40,197 nucleotides of DNA from contig JBBISH010000054.1 in NCBI GenBank assembly GCA_037441385.1, positions 1 through 40,197 of the forward strand, written 5' to 3'. The notes beneath the pieces are model-generated. The model ran no database searches, was not told the origin of the DNA, and was given only the letters and a program-made list of their open reading frames with translations. Origin of the DNA: Myxococcales bacterium. GTDB taxonomy: Bacteria; Myxococcota_A; UBA9042. This document shows, in pieces, positions 9,735-19,007 of this stretch (within the stretch, counting starts at the first letter, position 1; each line of letters begins with the position of its first letter). The position numbers were made by a program, and so were the translations under genes.

Positions 9735-10535
9735 CTAGGTCGGGTCGCCGGTCTGCAACCGGGCCCGGGCGCGGACTTGATCGCCCACGCGCACCTCGGC
9801 CGCCACGTCCCCCGGTCCCAGCCCTTGCAGGCGCACCTCGACGCGCTCGCCCAGCAACGTCTCGCGCTGGTAGTCGACCGCCATGCGCGCCAACGGCCTG
9901 CTCGCCAAGCCGCGGGCACGATCGCGCAACTGGCGGGCATCGTCGGCCCACTGGGCGTAGCAGGCGTGGTTCACGTGCGAAAACACGTCGATTTCACTCG
10001 GTCGCACCTCGATCGTCCACACGAAATCGGGCTGCTCCACCGCAACGAACTCCAGCCCGGCCAGCGCCGGCTCCGCGGGCTGCTCGCGCGCCAAGCTGCG
10101 CACCGCTTGGGGCACCGGCCGCGGCCGCCGATCGGCGCCAAGTGCTACGGCAGCGATGCTCAAGAACGCAATCCGCTCGGGCGCTTGCGTGGTGTCTGTG
10201 GGCGCCGTCCACAGCGACTGCACGATCTCAAGGCTGCTGTTGCCCACCCGGCCCAGGCCCACCGACAGCACCACTGGCTCGCCCAGCCCCACCGAACGAA
10301 AAAAGGCGCCGCGCTGGCTGCGGACCACGGCAATGCGCCCGTCGCCAAACAGTTCGTCCATCCCCGTGCCGGTGAGCAGGGTCGCTTCCCAGCGACCGTG
10401 TTCGAACCATTGGAGCAAGTGGACGGGCGGAACGGTAGCCTGGCTGCCAAGTTCATCGCCACGGGGTATCAGCCGCGCCACTTGGCGCAGGCCATCGGGG
10501 GTCATCTCGGGGGTATGCATCAACAAGCCTGACAC
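9735..10535 (-). CDS. Double-hotdog acyl-CoA/acyl-ACP thioesterase (4HBT-like)
   Basis: Two hotdog units; second has EIDVFSHVNHACY and VDYQRETLLGE; first has WFEHGR..RVGNSS. Confidence 0.8.
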   Translation of the reverse strand: MSGLLMHTPEMTPDGLRQVARLIPRGDELGSQATVPPVHLLQWFEHGRWEATLLTGTGMDELFGDGRIAVVRSQRGAFFRSVGLGEPVVLSVGLGRVGNSSLEIVQSLWTAPTDTTQAPERIAFLSIAAVALGADRRPRPVPQAVRSLAREQPAEPALAGLEFVAVEQPDFVWTIEVRPSEIDVFSHVNHACYAQWADDARQLRDRARGLASRPLARMAVDYQRETLLGERVEVRLQGLGPGDVAAEVRVGDQVRARARLQTGDPT

Positions 10536-10565
10536 AGCAGAGAGGGCTGGGAGAATACTCTGAAA

Positions 10566-11792
10566 TCAAAACAGATACTTGACGGTGGCGCTGAGGCTCC
10601 ACGACCGGGTGCCCACGCCGTCGCTGTCCACGTCGTTCTGGGTGGCCGCGCCGCCAAGTATGCGGAAGTGCTCGGCGAACTTGTAGTTGGCTTTCAAGCC
10701 AAACGAGGTGTAGTGCCCCAGATCGCCATAGTAATGCGAATACCCCACGTTGGCCGACAGGCGCACCGGCCCCAACTTGTGGCTGACCCCGGCGGTGCTG
10801 CTCCAGTCAAAGGGGGCGACCGCGACGCCTGTGCCAAAGCTGGCCGAACTGCCGTTCACGGTCTCGCCATTGGGGGCCTTCTTGCCCTGGGTGGCCAGGC
10901 TGAAGTAGCCGACCTCGTTGGGATCCTTGTTGTAGAGGTAGTAGGTGGCGCCCAGTGACACATCGGTGTTGCGAAACAGCGTCTCGATGAGCGTGAGCGA
11001 GATCGGTACCACGGCCAGGGTCGCCTCCTGAGCCTTTAGCAGTGGATTCAACCGCTTGCATAGCTTGGCCGTCTTGGCGGTGGTGCCGCCACTGCAAATG
11101 TCCATCAGCTGTTGGGTTGTGGTCAGCTTGCCGTTGCGGCCGATGAACTCTTCAACGCTTTGCTTGGTGGTGACCGCGTTGAGGCCGGCCGAGAGCGTGA
11201 CCTCGCTCTCGTAGCTTGAGGTTCCACCGGTTTCCCAGCCCGACCAAAGGGTTACACCCGCCGACGACGAGGCCACCTGCAACAACGTGGGCGCGTCGTA
11301 GGTCGAGGTCTTGCCGGCCACGGTGTCTTCCATGACCAAGGTGGTCGCCGTGCGCGAGGTGCTTTTGGGCGAAAAGCTGAGATTGCTGCCAAAGCTCCAG
11401 TGATAGGGCACGTCTTCTTCCTCCGTCTCGCCGTCTTCGTCCACAGTGACGGTCGTTTCGCCGGCGCCGGGGATCCAGGTCGCGCCCACGCTCAAGTAGT
11501 GGATGGCTCGCTGAACCTCTTTGGTATAGAGCGGGTTGTCTTTGTCCGCGGCGCCGCGCGGCAAGCTCAGGTTCCAGCCGCCGTCCAAGCTCCAGCGGTC
11601 GTTCGGGTCCCAAAGTCCGCTTAGGCCTGCCGACGTGCTGCCGCTGGCCGGACTGCTGTCGGTGGTCGGCGTGCGCGACACGCCGCCGGACAAGCCCACG
11701 CTGGCACTCCAGGCTGTGGTCGGCGCCAAGGCCGTCCAACAGGCTGCGAGCATCCCGACTACGATGCGCCAGTTCTTCGCCTTTTGCCCCAC
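10566..11792 (-). CDS. Predicted outer-membrane beta-barrel protein
   Basis: Sec signal (..TAWSA), alternating amphipathic Gly/Ser/aromatic strands, C-terminal ATVKYLF (terminal Phe). Confidence 0.7.
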   Translation of the reverse strand: MGQKAKNWRIVVGMLAACWTALAPTTAWSASVGLSGGVSRTPTTDSSPASGSTSAGLSGLWDPNDRWSLDGGWNLSLPRGAADKDNPLYTKEVQRAIHYLSVGATWIPGAGETTVTVDEDGETEEEDVPYHWSFGSNLSFSPKSTSRTATTLVMEDTVAGKTSTYDAPTLLQVASSSAGVTLWSGWETGGTSSYESEVTLSAGLNAVTTKQSVEEFIGRNGKLTTTQQLMDICSGGTTAKTAKLCKRLNPLLKAQEATLAVVPISLTLIETLFRNTDVSLGATYYLYNKDPNEVGYFSLATQGKKAPNGETVNGSSASFGTGVAVAPFDWSSTAGVSHKLGPVRLSANVGYSHYYGDLGHYTSFGLKANYKFAEHFRILGGAATQNDVDSDGVGTRSWSLSATVKYLF

Positions 11793-12027
11793 CTTGCCCT
11801 CGCCTGCGCCGCCCGCGCCCCCCCGTGTGGGCAGTGTACTGGCGTGGGGCCCGTGGATTCAATCCGGTACCGGCAGTTCGCGAACCAGGTTGCCCACAAC
11901 CCAGGCGATCGCTAGTCTGGGGTGGCGCGTCCTTATGCGCCGCTAGCCGCCCATGCTCCACGCCTTGCCAGCCTGCCCCCTGTCTGCCGGTTCGGCCGGG
12001 CGCCCCGCCAACCCCAGCGCCAGCGCA

Positions 12028-14964
12028 ATGCCAAGCCGCCCGCGGCAGACCAGTTGGGCCTCGCCCGCGCCGCGAGGGGCCGGGTCGGTCCTCTTCGCAA
12101 TGGCGCTGTTCGCGACCGCCTGCGGCAGCGACCCCGGCGAGTCCTGTGATCCTGCATCGAGCCGCGGCAAAGCCGAGGTCCAGGCGACGGCCGCCGTGCC
12201 CTGCCCCGTCGACCCCACTTTGCACACCGCCCGCTGCATGGCCAGCGAGGCATCGCTGCTGCAGTGGGCCAGCGGCGCCAAGGGTGCGTGGCCGGCCAGC
12301 AAGTTCGTGATCGGCCGCTTCTTTCAGGCCAGTGGCCCAGCCTGGTTCATGGACCCGGCCTTCTACGCGATGCACGACGAGTGGTACTGGTTCCGCTTGC
12401 TCAGTGGCTACTCCGTCGATGGCGACTGCGCCGTGCCCAAAACCGGCCTGCACTTTCCAGACTTGCCCGCTGCCTACGCCTGGGCCAAGGAGCAGAAGGT
12501 TCCGCCCTACGACCTGGAGTGGTACGAAACACGTTTGTACTCCAGGCGGTTCTACGACCTGGCCAGCTTTTGCTGGACGGCAAAGTGCCCGCCGCGCACC
12601 TTTGGTGTAGGCACGATCTTCCACTTGCCGGCCGATCCCAAGCGCCCGTATCCCCAGGCCCTTTGGGCGTTTGACCTGGAATACCCCGACAATGCCGACA
12701 AGGCCGTCTTGCAGCAGTACTTCCTGCGACTGCAGAAGCTGCTGCCGGCGCAAGTATTTGATCAGCTTCACTGGGTTGCGGCCACCTCGACTCAGCAGAT
12801 CGCGCTGGCCAAGGCGTTGCGGACGGAGGGCGGGCCGTTGGCCGAGCGCGTGTTGACTTGGCCAGACCTGGTCGCGCCGGCCGCGGTCGAAGGCTACACC
12901 TCGGGCATCACGGCGGGCCGCGTCCGCAAACTCGGTGTCGGGCAAGCCGAAGCCGCAGAGCTGGCGCCGACCGATCTGGTGGTCTTGCCCGATGTGCCGC
13001 TGTCGCTGCCGCCGGTCGCCGGTATTCTGACGGCGGTCCCGCAAACACCGCAGGCGCACTTGAATTTGCTATCGGCGGCGCGGGGCACGCCCAACGCATT
13101 CGTTGCCGGGATCCTGGACGACAAGGTCATGGATCTGTGGAGCAAAGAGGGTGCGCGGGTGGTCTTGGAGGTCAAGCCCGATCGCGTACGCTACCAGCAG
13201 ATGGAAGACAGCCAGTGGGTCGAGTGGCTGGCTTTGAACCAGCCTCCGGTGGTCGCGCTGGCGATGGCCAACCTGGACGGAGCGCCCTATTTCCTGCCGC
13301 TCACTGGCGGAAGTGTTGTACTGTCGCGGGCTTGGCTACCCCTGGTCGGCGGCAAGGCGATGGGGCTGATGGCGCTGGCGTCGCTGCCGGGAGTGGAGAC
13401 GCCGCCGCAAGTGTCGGTGATCACGGTCGCTGGCTATGCCGCGCACCTGGCGCCGTTGCGGCCGCTCATCGAAGCCATGTTGGACGACCAAGACTTCAAG
13501 GCCAGCAAGCTGGCCCGCGAGCTCATGCTCGAAGGGCCGACGGCCTTTGCAAGCAAGTACGCGGGCGATACCGACGCCCAGAATTTCTGGAAGGCGTGGA
13601 GCCACGCCACGCACAGCGCAGCGGCGGAAATGCTGGTGGCCGCGGGTGGTTTGCAGACGTTGATTCGCCAGCAGCCGTTGGACCCAGCGTGGTGGAATGG
13701 GGTGGAAGCCCAGCTGAAACAACACTTTGGTCGCCTTGGCCACCAGCAGGCGCTGCGCTTTCGCTCGTCGAGCACGGCCGAGGACATCGACGGCTTTAAC
13801 GGCGCGGGGGTCTACATCTCGACCACGGGTTTTCTGTACCCGGCGGAACAACCCAAGAAAAGCGATCAGGCCTTGAGCGCGCAGAAAGCGGTGACCAATG
13901 TCTATGCCTCGTACTGGGGCTCGCAGGCCGTAGAAGAGCGCATCCTGGCGGGAATCGACCACTTGGAGGGCCGGATGGCGGTAGCAGTCCACCCGCGCTT
14001 CGACAACGAGGTCGAATCGGCCAACGGCGTGGCCATTTTGGCGGTGGTGCGCAGTTCGCAGGGCGATCGCTTCGAGTTCACCGTCAACGCACAACCGGAC
14101 TCGATCAGCGTCACCAACCCGCCCCAGGGGGTCAAGGCACAGCCCGAAATCGATCGGATCAGCCAAGTCGGCACCGGCCTGCCGCAGTTGGTGCGCCTGC
14201 AGCTGGCCGCGACCGAGACGACTGGGCCAGACGGCCTGGTGCTGAGCGACAAAGAACTTATGAATATGTTTGCGCAAGTCGCACCGCTAGCCAGTCAGTG
14301 GATCGACGCAAAGAATGCACCACTTGGGGCCGAAGAGCGCGCGCACAGCGTCCAGCTCGACTTTGAATTCCGCCGAGTGGCAGCGGGTTGGCCGATCCAG
14401 GCCGACGGCGCAACCTTGCGGCCACGGCTGGTGTGGAAGCAAGTGCGTTCGCTTGAGCATGTGGGCGGGGTGCGCGCCGAGCACTTGGACGGGGCCCAGG
14501 TGCCGCGCGACGTGCTGCACGCCGCCATCCGCGCAGTGCGGAAGACCTGCACGACCCCGGCCTTCACCGCCACGCTGACCGAATTGCAGACGAGCGCCTC
14601 GGGGCCCACCTCGGTGGGGGTGCCGCTGACGGACTACTCGGTGCGGCCGTTCACGGCACGGATGCAGCTGCAAATTCACCAGTTCGTGGGCGGACTCATG
14701 CCCGGCATGAAGCTCGACCTGAGCCATGTCGCGGCCTTGTTCAACCACCCAGGTACCACCGCCAAGCACTGGGACCTGCGCGCCGACGTCACTCCCGCCA
14801 CGGCCAAGCAGTGGACCTGGAAGAACCTGACCGTGGACGAGAGCGGCGCGTGGTCCATCGCGGCCGGCGTGAGCCAGTTGCAGGGCAAGGGCGCCGTGTG
14901 CACCACCCAGCTGCTGGCGGCCGGCAAAGAGGCTTTCCTGTCGGAAATCTTGGGCGAACTCTAG
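12028..14964 (+). CDS. Putative lipoprotein with phosphohistidine swivel domain and PPDK/PEP-synthase N-terminal ATP-grasp domain (dikinase-like)
   Basis: Signal/lipobox-like LFAMALFATAC; swivel AGILTAVPQTPQAHLNLLSAARGTPN; ATP-grasp LVGGKAMGL, FRSSSTAED..GAGVYIS, VYASYW, SANGVA, DFEF. Start could be 11953, 12028 or 12100. Confidence 0.8.
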   Translation: MPSRPRQTSWASPAPRGAGSVLFAMALFATACGSDPGESCDPASSRGKAEVQATAAVPCPVDPTLHTARCMASEASLLQWASGAKGAWPASKFVIGRFFQASGPAWFMDPAFYAMHDEWYWFRLLSGYSVDGDCAVPKTGLHFPDLPAAYAWAKEQKVPPYDLEWYETRLYSRRFYDLASFCWTAKCPPRTFGVGTIFHLPADPKRPYPQALWAFDLEYPDNADKAVLQQYFLRLQKLLPAQVFDQLHWVAATSTQQIALAKALRTEGGPLAERVLTWPDLVAPAAVEGYTSGITAGRVRKLGVGQAEAAELAPTDLVVLPDVPLSLPPVAGILTAVPQTPQAHLNLLSAARGTPNAFVAGILDDKVMDLWSKEGARVVLEVKPDRVRYQQMEDSQWVEWLALNQPPVVALAMANLDGAPYFLPLTGGSVVLSRAWLPLVGGKAMGLMALASLPGVETPPQVSVITVAGYAAHLAPLRPLIEAMLDDQDFKASKLARELMLEGPTAFASKYAGDTDAQNFWKAWSHATHSAAAEMLVAAGGLQTLIRQQPLDPAWWNGVEAQLKQHFGRLGHQQALRFRSSSTAEDIDGFNGAGVYISTTGFLYPAEQPKKSDQALSAQKAVTNVYASYWGSQAVEERILAGIDHLEGRMAVAVHPRFDNEVESANGVAILAVVRSSQGDRFEFTVNAQPDSISVTNPPQGVKAQPEIDRISQVGTGLPQLVRLQLAATETTGPDGLVLSDKELMNMFAQVAPLASQWIDAKNAPLGAEERAHSVQLDFEFRRVAAGWPIQADGATLRPRLVWKQVRSLEHVGGVRAEHLDGAQVPRDVLHAAIRAVRKTCTTPAFTATLTELQTSASGPTSVGVPLTDYSVRPFTARMQLQIHQFVGGLMPGMKLDLSHVAALFNHPGTTAKHWDLRADVTPATAKQWTWKNLTVDESGAWSIAAGVSQLQGKGAVCTTQLLAAGKEAFLSEILGEL

Positions 14965-14974
14965 AGACTCGACC

Positions 14975-15000
14975 AATTACTGAACATTCGTTCAGTAATT
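14975..15000. promoter_or_regulatory. Perfect AT-rich palindrome (operator-like or terminator hairpin)
   Basis: AATTACTGAAC-ATTC-GTTCAGTAATT: 11-bp arms, 4-nt spacer, 10 nt after the dikinase stop. Confidence 0.6.
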
Positions 15001-15216
15001 CGCTCTGCCGGTCGCGTCTCCAGCCCCATGTGGGGCGCAAGTGAGCGCCTGCGGCGACTCGCCGCGCCAAGTTCGATGGTGCGGATGTGCGGAGAAAGTC
15101 CAAATTGATCCGCCCTCTAGGAGCCTGTCGGCAAAATGGGCGACGCGACATGTCCATTTAGTTATACATTGTGATCTGATTGGGTGCCGCCAGTCTCCTA
15201 GCCTTCTTCGTTTGTC

Positions 15217-15266
15217 CAACTGGCCGAAAATCGCCCGAAGTGAATTCGTGCGATTTCAGCCAGTTG
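15217..15266. repeat. Long imperfect inverted repeat (stem-loop)
   Basis: CAACTGGC/GCCAGTTG, AAATCGC/GCGATTT and CGAA/TTCG stems nested around a GTGAA loop. Confidence 0.6.
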
Positions 15267-15319
15267 CCGCCGCGCAAGACGCGGCGCTAGGATTGTGCCG
15301 GGATTATCCCGACACGCTC

Positions 15320-17104
15320 CTAGGCCTGGGCGACTTCGCCGACCACCAAGAACGCCGCCACCTTGCCCTTGCCCTTGACGTCGATCTCGCCGCGCGGTTC
15401 GGCGTGATACTGGCCGCCCAGCGCCCGTAGCGTCGCCGCGGTCACCTGCACACGCCCCGGCACGCCATGCGACTCCATGCGGCTGGCCAGGTTCACCGTG
15501 TCGCCCCACAAGTCGTAGATGAACTTGCGCTGGCCGATCACGCCCGCCACCACCGGTCCGGTGTTGATGCCGATGCGCAGCTGCAGCGGTTGCCCAGTCG
15601 GCGTCCGGGTTTGCGCGGCCACTTGCGCCATGGCGAGCCCCATCTTGACCACCGCCTGCGCGTGGTCGTGGCGCAACTCGGGCAGCCCGCCCGCCACCAT
15701 GTAGGCGTCGCCGATGGTCTTGATCTTTTCGAGCCCCAGGCCTTCGGCCAAGCGATCGAACTGTGAAAACAGATCGTTCAAGAACTCGACCAATTCGCCG
15801 GGCGGAAGCGCCTCGGACAGCGGGGTAAAGCCCGCCACGTCGGCAAAAAGCACGGTCACCGACTCGAACCCGTCGGCAATCGAGTGGTGCTCTTCGCGCA
15901 GCCGGTCGGCAATCGACCGCGGCAGCACGTTGAGCAGCAGGCGCTCGGCCTTGTCGTGCGCTAGGGCCAGCGCCGCCGACTTGGCCCGCAGCTCTTCGGT
16001 CTTGCGCTCTACCTCCAGCTCCAAGTTGTGGCGCAGGTAGTCGCGCTCGCGGTACGTGGCGATGATGCTCTCGTTGACCGCGATCGCGGTGAACAACAGT
16101 GAACCCACCACGCCCACTGGCAAAAGCATCGGCGCAGCGGTCATACCGGTCACGGCGAACATGTCGCTGGTCCCAGCCAGGGCAAACACGCCAAAGCCCA
16201 GCGCCTGCCCCAAGGGGGCCAACTTGCGCTCGGCCGTGGGGACGCGCCGCGCCACCCGCACAAACGCAATGGCCAAGAGCGCCAACGTGAAGGCAAACGG
16301 CAAGGTCGTGCCCAGTTGGATGACGTCGCCGGTGCTGCCAGTCAACACCAGCAGCAGCGCGGGCATTACCCACGCGATGTACGCCAGCAAAAGGCGCCGG
16401 CCGATGACCTGCTGCTCGTGCAGGCAAATCGCGGTAAAGATGAAGCCGAGCCAGACTCCGCTGTCGGCGATGCGGTGCGCCGTCCGCATGGGCAGGTCGA
16501 TGCCAAAGGCGCCAGCCGTGCCAAACACAAAATAGACGGACATCGCTAGGTTGGCCAAAGTCAGCGATAGCCAGAGCCGCCGCGGCACCTTGCCGGCGAA
16601 AATGAGGCCAGTCAGGAGCGCCATCAGCAGCAAGGCCCCGCCGGCGACGCTGGGCACCGTCTCGCCCCAAAATGCGTCGTGTGGGGGCTCGTCGACCAAT
16701 TGCGGGGCAAACGCCAACCGCGCAAAATAGCGGGTCGGCGAGTGGACCAACCAACGCAACTCGTGCACACGCGCCACGTCGCCGCAGGGCAGCGCCACCC
16801 CGCCAAAGAACGAATGGGTCGACTGCAGCGTGAGATCGCCCGATCGCAGCAATAAGTGGCCGTCGCCAAAGACCTCTTGGGCGCCATGGACGACCCAGGG
16901 CAGCCGCAACCAGGCGGTGGGGCGGGCCCGACACTGCGCCGGGAGCTCGCGCGACGTAGCGTCGAGGACCCAATGCTCGCCTTGCGGGTCAAAGGCTTGC
17001 GCCACCTGCCAAGCCGTTCCAAGCTGAGGACGCGGGTCGCTGGCCACACCCAGCAAGGCAGACAGCCCCATCAAGATGGCCACGGCATGGGCGGCAATCG
17101 ACAT
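15320..17104 (-). CDS. Membrane-bound class III adenylate cyclase with extracytoplasmic sensor and multi-TM (7TMR-DISM-like) region
   Basis: LLLNVLP, VLFADVAGFT, KIKTIGDAY, RIGINTG, KFIYDLWGDTVNLASRMES (Lys/Asp pair typical of ATP specificity). About 7 hydrophobic helices. ATG 17104 is preceded by AGGA. Confidence 0.9.
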   Translation of the reverse strand: MSIAAHAVAILMGLSALLGVASDPRPQLGTAWQVAQAFDPQGEHWVLDATSRELPAQCRARPTAWLRLPWVVHGAQEVFGDGHLLLRSGDLTLQSTHSFFGGVALPCGDVARVHELRWLVHSPTRYFARLAFAPQLVDEPPHDAFWGETVPSVAGGALLLMALLTGLIFAGKVPRRLWLSLTLANLAMSVYFVFGTAGAFGIDLPMRTAHRIADSGVWLGFIFTAICLHEQQVIGRRLLLAYIAWVMPALLLVLTGSTGDVIQLGTTLPFAFTLALLAIAFVRVARRVPTAERKLAPLGQALGFGVFALAGTSDMFAVTGMTAAPMLLPVGVVGSLLFTAIAVNESIIATYRERDYLRHNLELEVERKTEELRAKSAALALAHDKAERLLLNVLPRSIADRLREEHHSIADGFESVTVLFADVAGFTPLSEALPPGELVEFLNDLFSQFDRLAEGLGLEKIKTIGDAYMVAGGLPELRHDHAQAVVKMGLAMAQVAAQTRTPTGQPLQLRIGINTGPVVAGVIGQRKFIYDLWGDTVNLASRMESHGVPGRVQVTAATLRALGGQYHAEPRGEIDVKGKGKVAAFLVVGEVAQA

Positions 17105-17375
17105 GGTCCGTTCCTGCGGCGCAGCGCGGCGACGAGTGCACCTAGTTGGGCTTGTACGGCCGCACCTATGGGCGGTCAAGGGGCCACTCCAGCGCCCCAG
17201 GCGTCGAACTACAGGCCGATCGCGGAGGTAAGCGTGACATATCCTACGATTTATCCATGGATTTCCTGACACACAACCGGGTAACAAGGCGCGGCGGCGC
17301 CGTGACGGAGGCTTGACGCTGCTGCCCCGCCATCGCACGCTGCCAAGGCGGGCCCAGCGGCCGCGCCGAGTCCAA

Positions 17376-18947
17376 ATGGTCCTTGCCAAGCCAGTCCATC
17401 GCCTGCCGCCGCGCCAAATGGCCTGGCTGCTCGTGGCCCTGGCGGCTTGGCTGGCGTTTGCGCCCAGCTTGCGCGCCGGCTGGTTGTGGGACGACCACTT
17501 CTTCTTTGACCCGCTGGCACCAGCCCTGAACTCGCCCACGCATCTGGCCGCCGTGTTTGGCAGCGACTTGTTCGGCGCGTCGACGCTCGGCCAAAAACAG
17601 CACACTTATCGTCCGCTTACGGTGTATGCCTGGACGTGGGTGATCGCCCTGACCGGAGGCAAGGCCTGGGCGCTCCATGCGTGGTCGCTGCTGCTTCACA
17701 GTGCCGTCAGTGTGCTGGTGGTCGAGTTCGCCTTGGGACTGGGCGCGCCCCTGGCGGGCGCCACGCTGGCGGGCCTGGCATTCGCCGCGTCGACTGCGCA
17801 AACCGAGGCTGCGGTGTGGATTTCTGCGGTGCACGGTGTGGCCGAGGCCGGCTTTGTGCTGGGAGCCGCCCTGGCCACGTTGCGGCTTGCTGGCTGGCAG
17901 CGCGCGGCGGGGGCGGCGGCCTGTGCGACGGGCGCGCTACTGTGCAAAGAGTCTGGGCTTTTGGCGGTGCTGGCGAGCCTGGCCATGCTGACGGCGCGCT
18001 GGCAGCCACGGGGCGGGCAGGACAAGCCCTTCCGCCGCGATCTGCTGACGTGGTCGGCGGCGCACGGGGCGGTGGTCGTCGCGTATCTGGCGTGGCGGAG
18101 CGCGCTGGACTTGCCGGTCGGCCGTCCGCCCTTTGCCATCGACGGGGTCTTGAGCTTGGGCGGGGCGCTGGGGCGGTCGTTGCTGCTGCCGGATTGGCCC
18201 AATGTGTGCCGGCCATTGGTGTCGCCCGCCGATGCCGGGCCGGGGTTGGCGATCTGGCTGGCAGCCACCTTGCTGGTGGTGTGGCGCACGCCGCAGCGGC
18301 GCAATGTGCTGGCAGCGCTTGGGGTCGCGCTGGCCACGTTGCTGCTGCTTGGCCCCATCGCGGCGCAGACCGCGATCGCTTCGGACCGCTACTTGTACTT
18401 GCCGCAGGCGCTGTGGTGGGCCGCGGCGGCCACGGTGGTGCCGGTCTGGTCGTGGGACACCGCAAGTCGCCGCGGACAAGCGCTGGGGCTCGCCGCGGGC
18501 GCTTGGCTGCTGCTGCGCGGCAGTCTGGCTTGGCTGTCAGTCGCCGATCTGGCCAGCGATGTGCCGGCCTTTGCCCATGCGGTCGCCGAGCACCCGGCGG
18601 ATGGCGAAGCGCATTATCACTTGGGGGTGGCCCTGTTGCGCGACCACCGCGTCCCGGCGGCAGTGGCGGCGCTGCGTCGGGGTCTGGAGCTGCGACCGGC
18701 CGACCCGCGGCTGTGGTCCAATCTCACGGGCGCATTGGTCAACGAGCACCGCGATCGCGAGGCGGTGGAGTTGGTCGCGGCCTTCGACGCTCAGCAAGTC
18801 CCATCGGCCAAGGCGGCCTACAATTTGGCGCTGGCCGCGTCGCGCCTGGGGGAGTCGGCCTTGACCCAAAGGTTGGCCGAGCGGGCGCTTGCCTTGGATC
18901 CGAGCTACGCCAAGGCCCGGGCTCTACTGGGCAAACCGCCGCAGTGA
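17376..18947 (+). CDS. TMTC-like GT-C glycosyltransferase (putative protein O-mannosyltransferase) with C-terminal TPRs
   Basis: WLWDD acidic pair after TM1, YRPL, LLH, CKES, DRYLYLP; many TM helices; TPRs AHYHLG..ALRRGLELRP and AAYNLA..ALALDPSY. Start uncertain (17313, 17376 or 17418). Confidence 0.75.
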   Translation: MVLAKPVHRLPPRQMAWLLVALAAWLAFAPSLRAGWLWDDHFFFDPLAPALNSPTHLAAVFGSDLFGASTLGQKQHTYRPLTVYAWTWVIALTGGKAWALHAWSLLLHSAVSVLVVEFALGLGAPLAGATLAGLAFAASTAQTEAAVWISAVHGVAEAGFVLGAALATLRLAGWQRAAGAAACATGALLCKESGLLAVLASLAMLTARWQPRGGQDKPFRRDLLTWSAAHGAVVVAYLAWRSALDLPVGRPPFAIDGVLSLGGALGRSLLLPDWPNVCRPLVSPADAGPGLAIWLAATLLVVWRTPQRRNVLAALGVALATLLLLGPIAAQTAIASDRYLYLPQALWWAAAATVVPVWSWDTASRRGQALGLAAGAWLLLRGSLAWLSVADLASDVPAFAHAVAEHPADGEAHYHLGVALLRDHRVPAAVAALRRGLELRPADPRLWSNLTGALVNEHRDREAVELVAAFDAQQVPSAKAAYNLALAASRLGESALTQRLAERALALDPSYAKARALLGKPPQ

Positions 18948-19007
18948 AGCCTGGCGGCCCCGGCCAGCCAGCGAAGCGCGGGGTTTCGTTCCAGTTCGAG
19001 CGGAGTT

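Noticed and set aside
15150..15182. AT-rich patch with TATACATT resembling a dif site
   Set aside because: The XerD arm (TTATGTTAAAT) and the 11-6-11 layout are not present.
15214..15269. attC-like appearance of the long hairpin (GTCCAAC...GTTG)
   Set aside because: Only one end fits the RYYYAAC/GTTRRRY consensus, the spacer is paired, the site is single, and there is no integrase or cassette array.
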